Shown here piece by piece: positions 17,755 to 27,932 of a DNA stretch of 32,000 nucleotides. Under the pieces are notes generated by a model. The model did no database searches. It was not told where the DNA came from and saw nothing but the letters and a program-made list of their open reading frames with translations. The translations under genes were made by a program, and so were the position numbers. Each line of letters opens with the position of its first letter. The stretch's first letter is position 1. The stretch covers positions 960,001 to 992,000 of the forward strand of contig NZ_JAGIOS010000001.1 in NCBI RefSeq assembly GCF_017876815.1, given 5' to 3'. This stretch comes from Sinorhizobium meliloti (lineage in GTDB: Bacteria; Pseudomonadota; Alphaproteobacteria; Rhizobiales; Rhizobiaceae).

Positions 17755-18225
17755 CCCTTCTCCCCGTAGAACGCTACGGCATGCACATATCTCTTGCGCG
17801 CCGGTGCGGCGGATACTGCTGATGAAAGGGATCCCTCGGGAACCCAACCGGCTCAACCCCGCTCGGTCTCGGTTGCCCCTCAACCGGCTGCCGCCACCTT
17901 CTCCCCGCAGGCGGGGAGAAGGGATATGCCGCGCCCGCTCGCTCCCTCGGGCGGACGGTGAATGCGGGGTTCAGTTGGCGCCGCTTGTCCCTTCTCCCCG
18001 CCTGCGGGGAGAAGGTGCCGGCAGGCGGATGAGGGGCGGGTGACCGCTAATGCCAATGTTAGCGCATACGGGTTTGATCCCAAGGACCCATCCGCAAGCC
18101 TCGCCACAGCTGGAAATGCAGATGCCGCCACTCCGGAGTAAGTCCGCGAAGGGCTGGACAACAAGAGATATGTGCATGCCGTAGCGTCAGAACGGGGAGA
18201 AGGTGGCGGCAGCCGGATGAGGGGC
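17755..18225. repeat. Split REP/RIME-like unit whose hairpin halves (17755-17766 and 18193-18204, plus arm to 18225) are separated by a 426-bp segment. That segment is bounded by 26-bp perfect inverted repeats and contains a further forward/reverse unit pair (17875-17923, 17989-18037). Candidate nested MITE-like insertion.
   Basis: 17771-17796 ACGCTACGGCATGCACATATCTCTTG is the exact reverse complement of 18162-18187. CCCTTCTCCCCG (17755-17766) pairs 11 of 12 with CGGGGAGAAGGT (18193-18204). The inner units match the family consensus. Confidence 0.85.
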
Positions 18226-18250
18226 GCCCCATCCTCATCGAAGTCGGATC

Positions 18251-19783
18251 CTACGCGGCGACCGGCAGTCTCTCTCCCGCCACCCTGTAGGAGATCGCTT
18301 CGGCGAGGTGGATGCGACCGACCGTCGGCGCCGCATCGAGATCGGCGAGGGTGCGGGCGACCTTCAGCACCCGATGATAGCCGCGCGCCGAGAATTTCAT
18401 CTTTTCCGCCGCATCGCGCAGTAGCTGCAGGCCGGCGGCGTCGGGCTCGGCGATCTTTTCGATCATCGTCGTCGATGAGCGGGCGTTGCTCGTCAGCTCG
18501 GGATGGCCGAGGCCGGCGAAGCGGTCTCTCTGCAGCTCGCGGGCGCGGGCGACGCGGCGGGCGACGGCGGCGCTCGGCTCGGAGGTGCCGGGGCGGATCA
18601 AGTCGGCGGCGCTGACGGCCGGGACGTCGACGCGGATATCGATACGGTCCATCAGCGGGCCGGAGATCCGCGCCTGGTAATCGGCCATGCAGCGCGGCCC
18701 GCGGGCGCAGCTCCGGCCCGGCTCGCCGGCCATGCCGCAGCGGCAGGGGTTCATGGCGGCAATGAGCTGGATCGCCGCCGGATAGGTGACGCGATGATTG
18801 GCGCGCGCGATGATGCAGGTGGCGGTTTCGAGCGGCTGGCGCAGAGCGTCGAGCGCCTGAGGCGCAAATTCCGGAAATTCGTCGAGAAAGAGCACGCCGT
18901 TATGGGCGAGCGACGCCTCTCCCGGTTTCGCGCGGAAGCCGCCGCCGATCAGCGCCGCCATGGTGGCGGAATGGTGCGGCGCACGGAAGGGCCGGCGGTC
19001 CGAGAGCTTGCCGCCCGGCAATTGCCCGGCGATCGAATGGATCATCGAGACTTCGAGCAGTTCGGCGGGCGAAAGCGGCGGCAGGATGGAGGGGAGCCGC
19101 GCCGCAAGCATCGACTTGCCGGAACCGGGCGGGCCGACCATCAGCAGATTATGGTTGCCCGCCGCCGCGACCTCCAGCGCCCGCTTGGCGCTTTCCTGGC
19201 CCTTGATGTCGGCAAGATCGGGAAGGCCCCCGGCGGCCGCCCGGACCGCCGGCTCGGGGCGGGAAAGCACCTGCGTGCCGCGGAAATGATTGGCGATCGC
19301 GATCAGGCTGCGCGGGGCGAGAATATCGATCTCCGATCCGGCCCAGGCCGCCTCGGGCCCGCTTTCCGCCGGGCAGATCAGCCCCTTGCCGAGCGCATTC
19401 GCGCCGATCGCCGCCGGCAGCGCGCCGGCGACGGCTGCGATCGTGCCGTCGAGATTGAGCTCGCCGATGACGACATAACCGGACAGCGCGTCCGCAGGGA
19501 CAGCGCCGAGCGCCGCCATCAGGCCGAGCGCGATGGCGAGATCGAAATGGCTTCCCTCTTTCGGAAGGTCCGCCGGCGCCAGATTGACGGTCACCCGCTT
19601 GGCGGGAAGCGCCAGCCCCGATGCATGAAGCGCCGCCTGGACGCGCTCGCGGCTTTCGGCCACCGCCTTGTCCGGCAGTCCGACGATCTGCATACCGACC
19701 TTGCCGGGTGCAACCATCACCTGGACGTCGACCGGAACGCCCTCGATACCCTGAAACGCAACCGTGCTGACGCGCGCGACCAT
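18251..19783 (-). CDS. YifB/ComM-family Mg-chelatase-like AAA+ ATPase
   Basis: 510 aa with an N-terminal Lon-protease-like domain (VARVSTVAFQGIEGVPVDVQV...), Walker A GPPGSGKS and a ChlI-type AAA+ core. Confidence 0.9.
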   Translation of the reverse strand: MVARVSTVAFQGIEGVPVDVQVMVAPGKVGMQIVGLPDKAVAESRERVQAALHASGLALPAKRVTVNLAPADLPKEGSHFDLAIALGLMAALGAVPADALSGYVVIGELNLDGTIAAVAGALPAAIGANALGKGLICPAESGPEAAWAGSEIDILAPRSLIAIANHFRGTQVLSRPEPAVRAAAGGLPDLADIKGQESAKRALEVAAAGNHNLLMVGPPGSGKSMLAARLPSILPPLSPAELLEVSMIHSIAGQLPGGKLSDRRPFRAPHHSATMAALIGGGFRAKPGEASLAHNGVLFLDEFPEFAPQALDALRQPLETATCIIARANHRVTYPAAIQLIAAMNPCRCGMAGEPGRSCARGPRCMADYQARISGPLMDRIDIRVDVPAVSAADLIRPGTSEPSAAVARRVARARELQRDRFAGLGHPELTSNARSSTTMIEKIAEPDAAGLQLLRDAAEKMKFSARGYHRVLKVARTLADLDAAPTVGRIHLAEAISYRVAGERLPVAA

Positions 19784-19968
19784 ACTGCCCCCTGATTTCG
19801 AGCGGAGCGCGAAGGATCATCGTCCTTCCGCAATCCCGCTCCAGCACGGCGGCCCACACACGCCGTCACAACCAAAACCGGTTGCAACGGTAAATCTTGC
19901 ACGGAATACGCTTGAAAACAAGAACAATGATAGAACACAAGAGCGAGAGTGGCGGTCCGCCGTAAAGA

Positions 19969-20916
19969 TCAGGCGCGCTTCTTCTCGATCGCGTCCCAGA
20001 GCAGGCTAGCGACGTCGGCACCGCCGAACTTCTTCACTTCGCGGATGCCGGTCGGCGACGTGACGTTGATCTCGGTCAGGTAGTCGCCGATCACGTCGAT
20101 GCCGACGAAGAGGAAACCGCGTTCCTTCAGGGCCGGCCCGATGCGGGTGCAGATCTCCCGCTCGCGGGCCGTCAGGTCGGTTGCCTCCGCGCGCCCGCCC
20201 ACATGCATGTTGGAGCGAGAATCGTGCTCGGCCGGAACGCGATTGATCGCGCCGACCGGCTCGCCGTCGACGAGCAGGATGCGCTTGTCGCCCTTGCGGA
20301 CCGCCGGCAGATATTCCTGGGCGATATAAGGCTCGCGGAACATCTGGGCGAACATTTCGAGGAGCGACGAGAAATTGCGGTCGTCACGCGCGGAGTGGAA
20401 CACACCGGCGCCGCCATTGCCGTAGAGCGGTTTCAGGATGATGTCGCCCATCTCCTGACGGAAGCGGGCGATCTCGTCCGGGTCGCGCGTGATCAGGGTC
20501 TTCGGCATCAGATCCGGAAACTCGGTCACGAAGATCTTCTCGGGCGAGTTCCTGACCCAGGCCGGATCGTTGACGACCAGCGTCTTCGGGTGCAGCCGCT
20601 CGAGCAGATGCGTCGAGGTGATATAGGCCATGTCGAATGGCGGATCCTGGCGAAGCAGGATGACGTCCATGGTCGAAAGATCGATCCGCTCGTCTTCGCC
20701 GAGAGTGAAGTGGTCGCCCCTGACGTCGCGCAACTGCATCTGCTGCGCGGTCGCATAGACCCTGCCGTCCCGGAGCGACAGCTTGTCGGGCGTGTAGTGG
20801 AACAGGCGATAGCCTCGGGCCTGCGCCTCAAGGCTCATCGCGAAGGTCGAATCGCCCGCAATGGTGATGCCCGAAACATGGTCCATCTGGACCCCGACAT
20901 TGACGATTCCTGCCAT
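19969..20916 (-). CDS. gshB: Glutathione synthetase (ATP-grasp)
   Basis: Starts [12 protein letters not shown] at 20916. It is collinear with E. coli GshB as I recall it ([49 protein letters not shown]). The product is 315 aa. Confidence 0.9.
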
Positions 20917-21120
20917 TTTCCCGTTCCCGATCTGGATCCACGATGCGCATAGTTCCTTCGACCGGCTCCGGTCGGAAATCGAATTATACGGCAATTCGAC
21001 GCGATGCTCCGCCCCTCGTCTTCGCGACGAGCGGCACCGCAGAAAAGCCCGCAAGATGTAGAATGCGTACCGTGGTTAGGCAAGAAGGTTCCCGCCGCTC
21101 CCGCCTATCAAAAGGCGTCA

Positions 21121-21478
21121 TCAAAAGGCGTCCGGCAGGTGCCGCGGCCAGCGCCACGGCGTTACGGCGACGATATCGTAGCGCACCGACAGGCGGTGGA
21201 AATCGCCCTGGCGCGACAGCCAGAGATCGCTTGCCGCCCGGATGCGCCGTTGCGCCGTGTCTGTGACGGCGAAGACCGCATCCTCCAGGCTCACCCGGGC
21301 CTTTACTTCGACGCAGGCGACCAGGTCGCCGCGCCGGGCGATGATGTCGATCTCGCCGAGCCTGGTGCGATAGCGCATGGCAACGATGCGATAGCCCTTC
21401 AGCATCAGGCAGAGCGCGGCGCGGTATTCGGCGATGTGGCCCCGCTTCAGCGCCTTCAGCTTGCGGGTGTCCGGTCGC

Positions 21479-21495
<17 letters not shown>
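21121..21495 (-). CDS. yraN: YraN-family (UPF0102) endonuclease-like protein
   Basis: 124 aa with [21 protein letters not shown], typical of the YraN/PD-(D/E)xK-like family. It overlaps the rsmI 3' end by 17 nt. Confidence 0.8.
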
Positions 21496-22441
<946 letters not shown>

Positions 22442-22685
22442 TCCGATCGACCATTCCGGCCAAACCGGGTTCGCGCCCTTTATGAGTGAGCGGGGAGCCC
22501 GGGGCAAGGGCGGGCCGCGCCTGCAGTCTCGCATTTGGGGAAGAGGGCTCAAAACCCCTTGCTTTTGCGGCTCTCTTTCTGCCATTTTGCCCGTCCACAT
22601 CCTTCCGGCCGAGCGGCCGGGGCACGCAGTTGACGCCGCGGCGGTCCCCTCGCCCGCGCGGCAATGGTTGAAAGCGGTAGCATCC

Positions 22686-23804
22686 ATGCGTATTACTCTC
22701 GAGCGGTCCAACCTTTTGAAATCGCTAAACCATGTCCACCGCGTGGTCGAACGGCGAAACACCATCCCCATCCTTTCGAACGTGCTCCTGCGCTCCGACG
22801 GCGCCAGCCTCGAAATGAAGGCGACCGACCTCGACCTGGAGATTACCGAGGCGACGCCGGCGCAGGTGGAACAGGCCGGCGCCACCACCGTTCCGGCGCA
22901 TCTGCTCTACGACATCGTCCGCAAGCTGCCGGACGGCTCGGAGGTGCGGCTGGCCACCAATGCTGAAGGCACGGCGATGACCGTCGCCTCCGGCCGCTCC
23001 AAGTTTTCGCTGCAGTGCCTGCCTCAGTCGGATTTTCCCGATCTGACCGCCGGCACGTTCTCGCACTCCTTCCGCCTGAAGGCGCCCGATCTGAAGGTGC
23101 TGATCGACCGCACCCAGTTCGCGATCTCGACGGAAGAGACACGCTACTATTTGAACGGCATCTTCGTGCACACGGTCGAGAGCAACGGCGACCTGAAGCT
23201 GCGCGCCGTCGCGACCGACGGCCACCGGCTCGCCCGTGCGGATGTCGAAGCGCCGTCGGGCTCCGAGGGCATGCCCGGCATCATCATTCCGCGCAAGACC
23301 GTCAGCGAACTGCAGAAACTTCTCGACAGTCCGGACGTGGTGGTGACGGTCGAGGTCTCGGACGCGAAGATCCGCCTGACGATCGGCTCCATCGTCATGA
23401 CGTCGAAGCTGATCGACGGAACCTTCCCCGACTATCAGCGCGTGATCCCCGCCAGCAACGACAAGGAGCTGCGCGTCGATTGCCAGTCCTTCTCGCAGGC
23501 CGTCGACCGTGTCTCCACGATCTCTTCCGAACGCGGCCGCGCCGTGAAGCTCGCGCTTGCCGACGGCCAGATGACGCTGACCGTGAACAACCCGGATTCC
23601 GGCAGCGCCACCGAAGAACTGCCGGTCGGCTACGAAAGCGATCCGCTCGAGATCGGCTTCAACGCCAAATATCTTCTCGACATCACCGGGCAACTGACCG
23701 GCAGCGAGGCGGTCTTCCTGCTGGCCGATCCCGGTTCGCCGACGCTCGTGCGCGATCTTGCCGCGGAGGATGCGCTCTACGTGCTGATGCCGATGCGCGT
23801 GTAA
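22686..23804 (+). CDS. dnaN: DNA polymerase III beta sliding clamp
   Basis: Starts MRITLERSNLLKSLNHVHRVVERRNTIPILSNVLL at 22686. The product is 372 aa with a three-domain clamp layout and ends ALYVLMPMRV. Confidence 0.95.
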   Translation: MRITLERSNLLKSLNHVHRVVERRNTIPILSNVLLRSDGASLEMKATDLDLEITEATPAQVEQAGATTVPAHLLYDIVRKLPDGSEVRLATNAEGTAMTVASGRSKFSLQCLPQSDFPDLTAGTFSHSFRLKAPDLKVLIDRTQFAISTEETRYYLNGIFVHTVESNGDLKLRAVATDGHRLARADVEAPSGSEGMPGIIIPRKTVSELQKLLDSPDVVVTVEVSDAKIRLTIGSIVMTSKLIDGTFPDYQRVIPASNDKELRVDCQSFSQAVDRVSTISSERGRAVKLALADGQMTLTVNNPDSGSATEELPVGYESDPLEIGFNAKYLLDITGQLTGSEAVFLLADPGSPTLVRDLAAEDALYVLMPMRV

Positions 23805-23828
23805 CACGTGCCGCAGACTGCGATAAAG

Positions 23829-23851
23829 GCCCGCCGTTCGGCGGGCTTTTT
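23829..23851 (+). terminator. Rho-independent terminator after dnaN
   Basis: GCCCGCC-gttc-GGCGGGC is a 7-bp perfect stem followed by TTTTT. An A-tract lies upstream, so it could act in both directions. Confidence 0.8.
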
Positions 23852-24007
23852 CATATGTACCCGTCGCGCATCGTTCATGATCTGTCGCTTTTAGACGCAG
23901 TCGGACTTGTTTTTGCCGCAGATGGAAGCACATTATGAATAAGCGCTCACGCAGCCACACGAATCACGATAAGAGCGCAACTGCAAATCATACTGCGAGG
24001 GGATTCG

Positions 24008-24610
24008 ATGAGCTTGCGCTTGAGGGTGAAGGAAAAATTCGGTCGGAAATTCGACGAAGAGATCCGCTTCTTCAAGGGCTGGATGAGCAATACCCGCGCG
24101 GTCGGCGCGATCCTCCCGACTTCCGCCATCACGGCACGCCGCATGGCCAGCGTAGTCGATCCAGAATCCGGTCTGCCGGTCCTCGAGCTTGGCCCCGGCA
24201 CCGGGGTGATCACCAAGGCGATCCTCGAGCGCGGCATAGAGCCTGAAAAGCTGGTTTCCATCGAATACTCCACCGACTTCTACAAGCAGCTCAAGGCGCA
24301 TTTCGACGGCGTGCATTTCATCAACGGCGACGCCTTCGATCTTTCCCGCACGCTTGGGGCCTTCAAGGATCAGCAGTTCGACAGCGTCATTTCCGCCGTA
24401 CCGTTGTTGAATTTCCCGATGCATCGCCGCGTCGAACTCATAGAAGACCTGCTCTCGCGCATTCCCTTCGGCCGCCCGGTCGTTCAGATCTCCTACGGTC
24501 CGATGTCGCCGGTGGTCGCCATGCCGGACCGCTACCGAATCCAGCATTTCGACTTCGTCGTGCGAAACATTCCGCCGGCGCAGCTGTGGATCTACCGCAA
24601 GACGCACTGA
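24008..24610 (+). CDS. pmtA: Class I SAM-dependent methyltransferase, phospholipid N-methyltransferase (PmtA)-like
   Basis: 200 aa with SAM motif I VLELGPGTGVIT. The size and N-terminus match my recollection of rhizobial PmtA. SD GAGGGG lies upstream. Confidence 0.6.
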   Translation: MSLRLRVKEKFGRKFDEEIRFFKGWMSNTRAVGAILPTSAITARRMASVVDPESGLPVLELGPGTGVITKAILERGIEPEKLVSIEYSTDFYKQLKAHFDGVHFINGDAFDLSRTLGAFKDQQFDSVISAVPLLNFPMHRRVELIEDLLSRIPFGRPVVQISYGPMSPVVAMPDRYRIQHFDFVVRNIPPAQLWIYRKTH

Positions 24611-24624
24611 CGGCGCCAAGTCCG

Positions 24625-25206
24625 GTGTTCGGCATCTATCTCACCCATCCGCAGGTCAGAATCGATCCCGCCGTCTCCGTGCCCCAATGGGGTCTGTCCG
24701 AGCTGGGCGAAGAGCGCATGCGCGCCACGGCGAAACAGCCATGGGTCCGTTTGCTCGGACGCATATTGGCCAGTGGCGAGAAGAAGGCGATCGAAACGGC
24801 GCGGTTCCTGGCCGACGCTGCCGGCATCCCGGTCGAAACGGACGAAGAGATGGGCGAGAACGACCGTTCCGCGACCGGCTTCCTGCCGCCGGAGGAGTTC
24901 GAGAAGGCGGCCGATCAGTTCTTTGCCCGGCCTGAAGAGAGCTTCAAGGGCTGGGAGCGTGCCGTCGACGCCCAGGCGCGAATCTCCAGGGCCGTCTTCC
25001 AGGTTCTCGACCGGCACGATCCGGCAGTGCCCATCGCCTTCATCGGCCATGGCGGCGTCGGTACGCTGCTCAAATGCCGGATGACGGGCACGGCGATCGC
25101 CCGCAGCACCGATCAGCCGCCGGGCGGCGGCAATCTCTTCGCCTTCCGTCTTGCGGATCGCGCCGTCACATGCGACTGGACGCCGATGGAGTTCTGGCAG
25201 GGGTGA
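24625..25206 (+). CDS. Histidine phosphatase (phosphoglycerate-mutase-like) family protein
   Basis: The likely start is GTG 24625 ([11 protein letters not shown]); the track GTG at 24586 overlaps pmtA. The N-terminal catalytic-His context and the later IGHGGV motif fit the family. Confidence 0.6.
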   Translation: MFGIYLTHPQVRIDPAVSVPQWGLSELGEERMRATAKQPWVRLLGRILASGEKKAIETARFLADAAGIPVETDEEMGENDRSATGFLPPEEFEKAADQFFARPEESFKGWERAVDAQARISRAVFQVLDRHDPAVPIAFIGHGGVGTLLKCRMTGTAIARSTDQPPGGGNLFAFRLADRAVTCDWTPMEFWQG

Positions 25207-25213
25207 TCTCGAT

Positions 25214-25918
25214 ATGAGCACAAGCGCGCGCGACCGGCTGATCGTCGGCCTTGATCTTCCAACGGTGACCGAGGCCGAGAAAATCGTCTCGACGCTCGGC
25301 GAGGAAGTCCTCTTCTATAAGATCGGCTATCAACTGGCCTTCGCCGGCGGCCTCGACTTCGCGCGCGATCTCGCCGCGAGCGGCAAGCAGGTCTTCCTCG
25401 ACATGAAGCTGCTCGACATCGACAACACGGTGGCCAAGGGCGTGGAGAACATCGTCAAGATGGGCGTGTCGATGTTGACGCTGCACGCCTATCCGAAGGC
25501 GATGAAGTCGGCGGTCGAAGCGGCCAGGGGCTCGAACCTCTGCCTTCTTGGCGTGACGGTGCTCACCTCGATGGACGAACAGGACGTCATCGATGCCGGT
25601 TATGAATATGATCCGCACAGCCTGGTCCTGCGCCGCGCCGAACAGGCCCGCGCCGCAGGCATGGGGGGCATCGTCTGCTCGGCGGAGGAGGCCGCCGCCG
25701 TGCGAAAGATCATCGGCGGCGACATGGCGCTGGTGACGCCGGGCATCCGCCCGGCCGGTGCGGAAAAAGGCGACCAGAAGCGGGTGATGACGCCGGCCGA
25801 CGCGCTTCGCGCCGGCTCGAGCCACCTCGTCGTCGGGCGGCCGATCGTTGCCGCGCCCGACCCTCTCGCAGCAAGCCGCGCGATCCTGGCCGAAATGGAG
25901 AGCGCCCTCTCCCGTTGA
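25214..25918 (+). CDS. pyrF: Orotidine 5'-phosphate decarboxylase
   Basis: Starts [16 protein letters not shown] at 25214. The catalytic region is [12 protein letters not shown], and LVVGRPI lies near the C-terminus. Confidence 0.9.
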   Translation: MSTSARDRLIVGLDLPTVTEAEKIVSTLGEEVLFYKIGYQLAFAGGLDFARDLAASGKQVFLDMKLLDIDNTVAKGVENIVKMGVSMLTLHAYPKAMKSAVEAARGSNLCLLGVTVLTSMDEQDVIDAGYEYDPHSLVLRRAEQARAAGMGGIVCSAEEAAAVRKIIGGDMALVTPGIRPAGAEKGDQKRVMTPADALRAGSSHLVVGRPIVAAPDPLAASRAILAEMESALSR

Positions 25919-26023
25919 TCCGCCGTATAGCGCTCGGGCGACGTTCGGGCCTGCTTGACCTGGGGCGCATTTTGCCGGAAGTAACCATCCCGTCTGCGTT
26001 TCGTGAAAGACGAGGAGTTCATC

Positions 26024-26311
26024 ATGGCCAAAGGATACTGGATCGCTCGGGTCGATATAAGGGACCCCGAACGCTATAAGGATTACGTGACAGCGGCGAC
26101 GCCCGCCTTCGAAAAATACGGCGCGACCTTCCTCGCGCGCGGCGGGCAGTTCCGTCGGCTCGAAGGTGCCGCTCGTACCCGCAACGTCGTCATCGAATTC
26201 CCCTCGCTGCAGGCGGCCGTCGACTGTTACAATTCGCCCGAATACCAGATTGCCGCGGCCATCCGCCAGGAAGTCGCCGATGCCGAAATGGTCGTCGTAG
26301 AGGGTGTTTGA
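26024..26311 (+). CDS. DUF1330 domain protein
   Basis: MAKGYWIARVDIRDPERYKDYV...YNSPEYQ is the typical ~95-aa DUF1330 pattern. ATG 26024 is preceded by GAGGAG. Confidence 0.7.
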   Translation: MAKGYWIARVDIRDPERYKDYVTAATPAFEKYGATFLARGGQFRRLEGAARTRNVVIEFPSLQAAVDCYNSPEYQIAAAIRQEVADAEMVVVEGV

Positions 26312-26431
26312 GGCGAGGTTCCGCGACGCATCGGAGCACGCTTCCGAAGCGTGCGGATTGGCCTTCACCTCGCTCGACGCTTGGGCTATGTAGCAAGCAA
26401 TTCTACCATTGACATCAGGAGTGCGTTTCTC

Positions 26432-27412
26432 ATGACTTTGTCCAACCTTCCGCCGCTGGTGACGATTTTCGGCGGATCCGGATTTGTCGGCCGTCATGTG
26501 GTGCGCGCGCTCGCCAAACGCGGCTACCGCATTCGCGTCGCGGTTCGCCGTCCGGATCTCGCCGGCCACCTGCAACCGCTCGGCAATGTCGGGCAAATCT
26601 CCTTCGTTCAGGCCAATCTGCGCTACCGCAGGTCGGTCGATCGCGCTGTCGACGGCGCCGACCATGTGATCAACTGCGTCGGCGTGCTCTTCGAAAGCGG
26701 CCGCAACACCTTCGAGGCGGTCCAGGATTTCGGCGCGCGGGCGGTCGCCGAGGCGGCCCGGGCGACGGGCGCCACGCTCACCCATATCTCGGCGATCGGC
26801 GCCGACGCAAACTCCGAGTCGAGCTATGCCCGGACAAAGGGACGCGCCGAGGCTGCGATCCTCGAAACGCTTCCGGCCGCGGTGATCCTCCGCCCGTCGA
26901 TCATCTTCGGCCCCGAAGACGGCTTCTTCAACAAGTTCGCCGAAATGGCCCGGTTCTCGCCGGTCCTGCCGCTCATCGGCGGCGGCAATACCAGGTTTCA
27001 GCCGGTTTACGTCACCGACGTTGCCGAGGCCGTGGCCCGCTCCGTCGACGGCACGCTCACCGGTGGGACGATCTACGAACTCGGCGGGCCGCAGGTGCTC
27101 TCGTTCCGCGAATGTCTCGATATCATGCTGAAGACGATCGACCGCAAGCGCTCCTTCGTGTCGCTACCCTTCGGCATCGCCTCGCTGATGGGCAGCGTCG
27201 CCTCGCTCGTGCCGTTCATCACGCCGCCGCTCACCGCCGACCAGGTGGTGTTGCTGAAATCGGACAATGTCGTCTCGGCAAAGGCCGAAGCGGAAGGCCG
27301 CACGCTTGCAGGTATCGGCATCGAGCCGACGATGCTCGAGTCGATCCTGCCGACTTATCTCGTACGCTATCGCCCGCATGGGCAATATACGCGCAGCGGC
27401 CGCGCCGCCTGA
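26432..27412 (+). CDS. NDUFA9-like NAD(P)H-binding SDR family protein
   Basis: ATG 26432 follows AGGAG (26417-26421). The Rossmann motif is IFGGSGFVGRHV. The ~326-aa atypical-SDR layout matches complex I NDUFA9-like proteins. Confidence 0.75.
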   Translation: MTLSNLPPLVTIFGGSGFVGRHVVRALAKRGYRIRVAVRRPDLAGHLQPLGNVGQISFVQANLRYRRSVDRAVDGADHVINCVGVLFESGRNTFEAVQDFGARAVAEAARATGATLTHISAIGADANSESSYARTKGRAEAAILETLPAAVILRPSIIFGPEDGFFNKFAEMARFSPVLPLIGGGNTRFQPVYVTDVAEAVARSVDGTLTGGTIYELGGPQVLSFRECLDIMLKTIDRKRSFVSLPFGIASLMGSVASLVPFITPPLTADQVVLLKSDNVVSAKAEAEGRTLAGIGIEPTMLESILPTYLVRYRPHGQYTRSGRAA

Positions 27413-27441
27413 GCCGTCGCATCACTACCGTACGCATTCAG

Positions 27442-27468
27442 GCCGCCGGCTCCGCCGGCGGCTTTTTT
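27442..27468 (+). terminator. Rho-independent terminator after the NDUFA9-like gene
   Basis: GCCGCCGGC-tcc-GCCGGCGGC is a 9-bp perfect stem followed by TTTTTT. Confidence 0.85.
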
Positions 27469-27660
27469 GCGGCCCCCCGCTGTGCCCGTTCGGCAACAGC
27501 GTTGCAGTTCTGCCGCAGTTGCAAATCCGAATCCCGTTTACCGCAGATTCAGCCCGCCCTGATATTGATCATGACATGATCGCAGAATAAACACCGCTCG
27601 CACTGACCGCTCGGCGAGCGCCGCCGGTGCAGACATCACACTCGAAAGGCATAACGTCCC

Positions 27661-27822
27661 ATGGGCAAGTCGATCGCAATCTTTTTTGCGTCTGCGGCAC
27701 TGATCATTCTGGCTGGCTCGTTCATGGCACCCGGCACCGTGGCCAGCAGCAACAAGGGCTGCACGCCGGCCTACGGTGTCAACCCGTGCACGACGGCGTC
27801 GATCGGGTTTGCCGGCGAGTAA
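27661..27822 (+). CDS. Small hypothetical exported protein (53 aa, signal peptide, two Cys), absent from the ORF track
   Basis: The product is MGKSIAIFFASAALIILAGSFMAPGTVASSNKGCTPAYGVNPCTTASIGFAGE*. It has a basic N-terminus and a hydrophobic core. Third-codon positions are mostly G/C, as in neighbouring real genes. It sits in an otherwise empty 520-bp gap. The SD is weak (GAAAGG, 11 nt upstream). Confidence 0.45.
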   Translation: MGKSIAIFFASAALIILAGSFMAPGTVASSNKGCTPAYGVNPCTTASIGFAGE

Positions 27823-27932
27823 GCCGGACATTTTCGCCTCGGCTTCGAGCCGGGCATGTTGAGTTTTGGCGGGGGCCAGGAGCCGGGTGCGTTTCGAAAG
27901 AGACGCATCCGGCTTTATGTTTCCGGACTGCG

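Noticed and set aside
17638-18225. Possible CRISPR array, because of multiple ~50-bp repeats
   Set aside because: The units occur in both orientations with irregular spacing. They are palindromic REP-like elements scattered at four loci, there are no cas genes, and there are no uniform direct repeats.
22591-22599. CCGTCCACA upstream of dnaN as a DnaA box
   Set aside because: Only 6 of 9 positions match TTATCCACA. It is a single copy with no box cluster or AT-rich unwinding element, so chance explains it.
26336-26354. Perfect 9-bp-stem hairpin GCACGCTTC-cg-GAAGCGTGC after the DUF1330 gene as a terminator
   Set aside because: No U-tract follows it. It may stabilise the 3' end, but it cannot be called an intrinsic terminator from sequence alone.
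25166-26785. 539-aa minus-strand ORF spanning pyrF, DUF1330 and the start of the NDUFA9-like gene
   Set aside because: It crosses three independently supported plus-strand genes and their intergenic gaps. It has no motifs and a shadow-frame composition.
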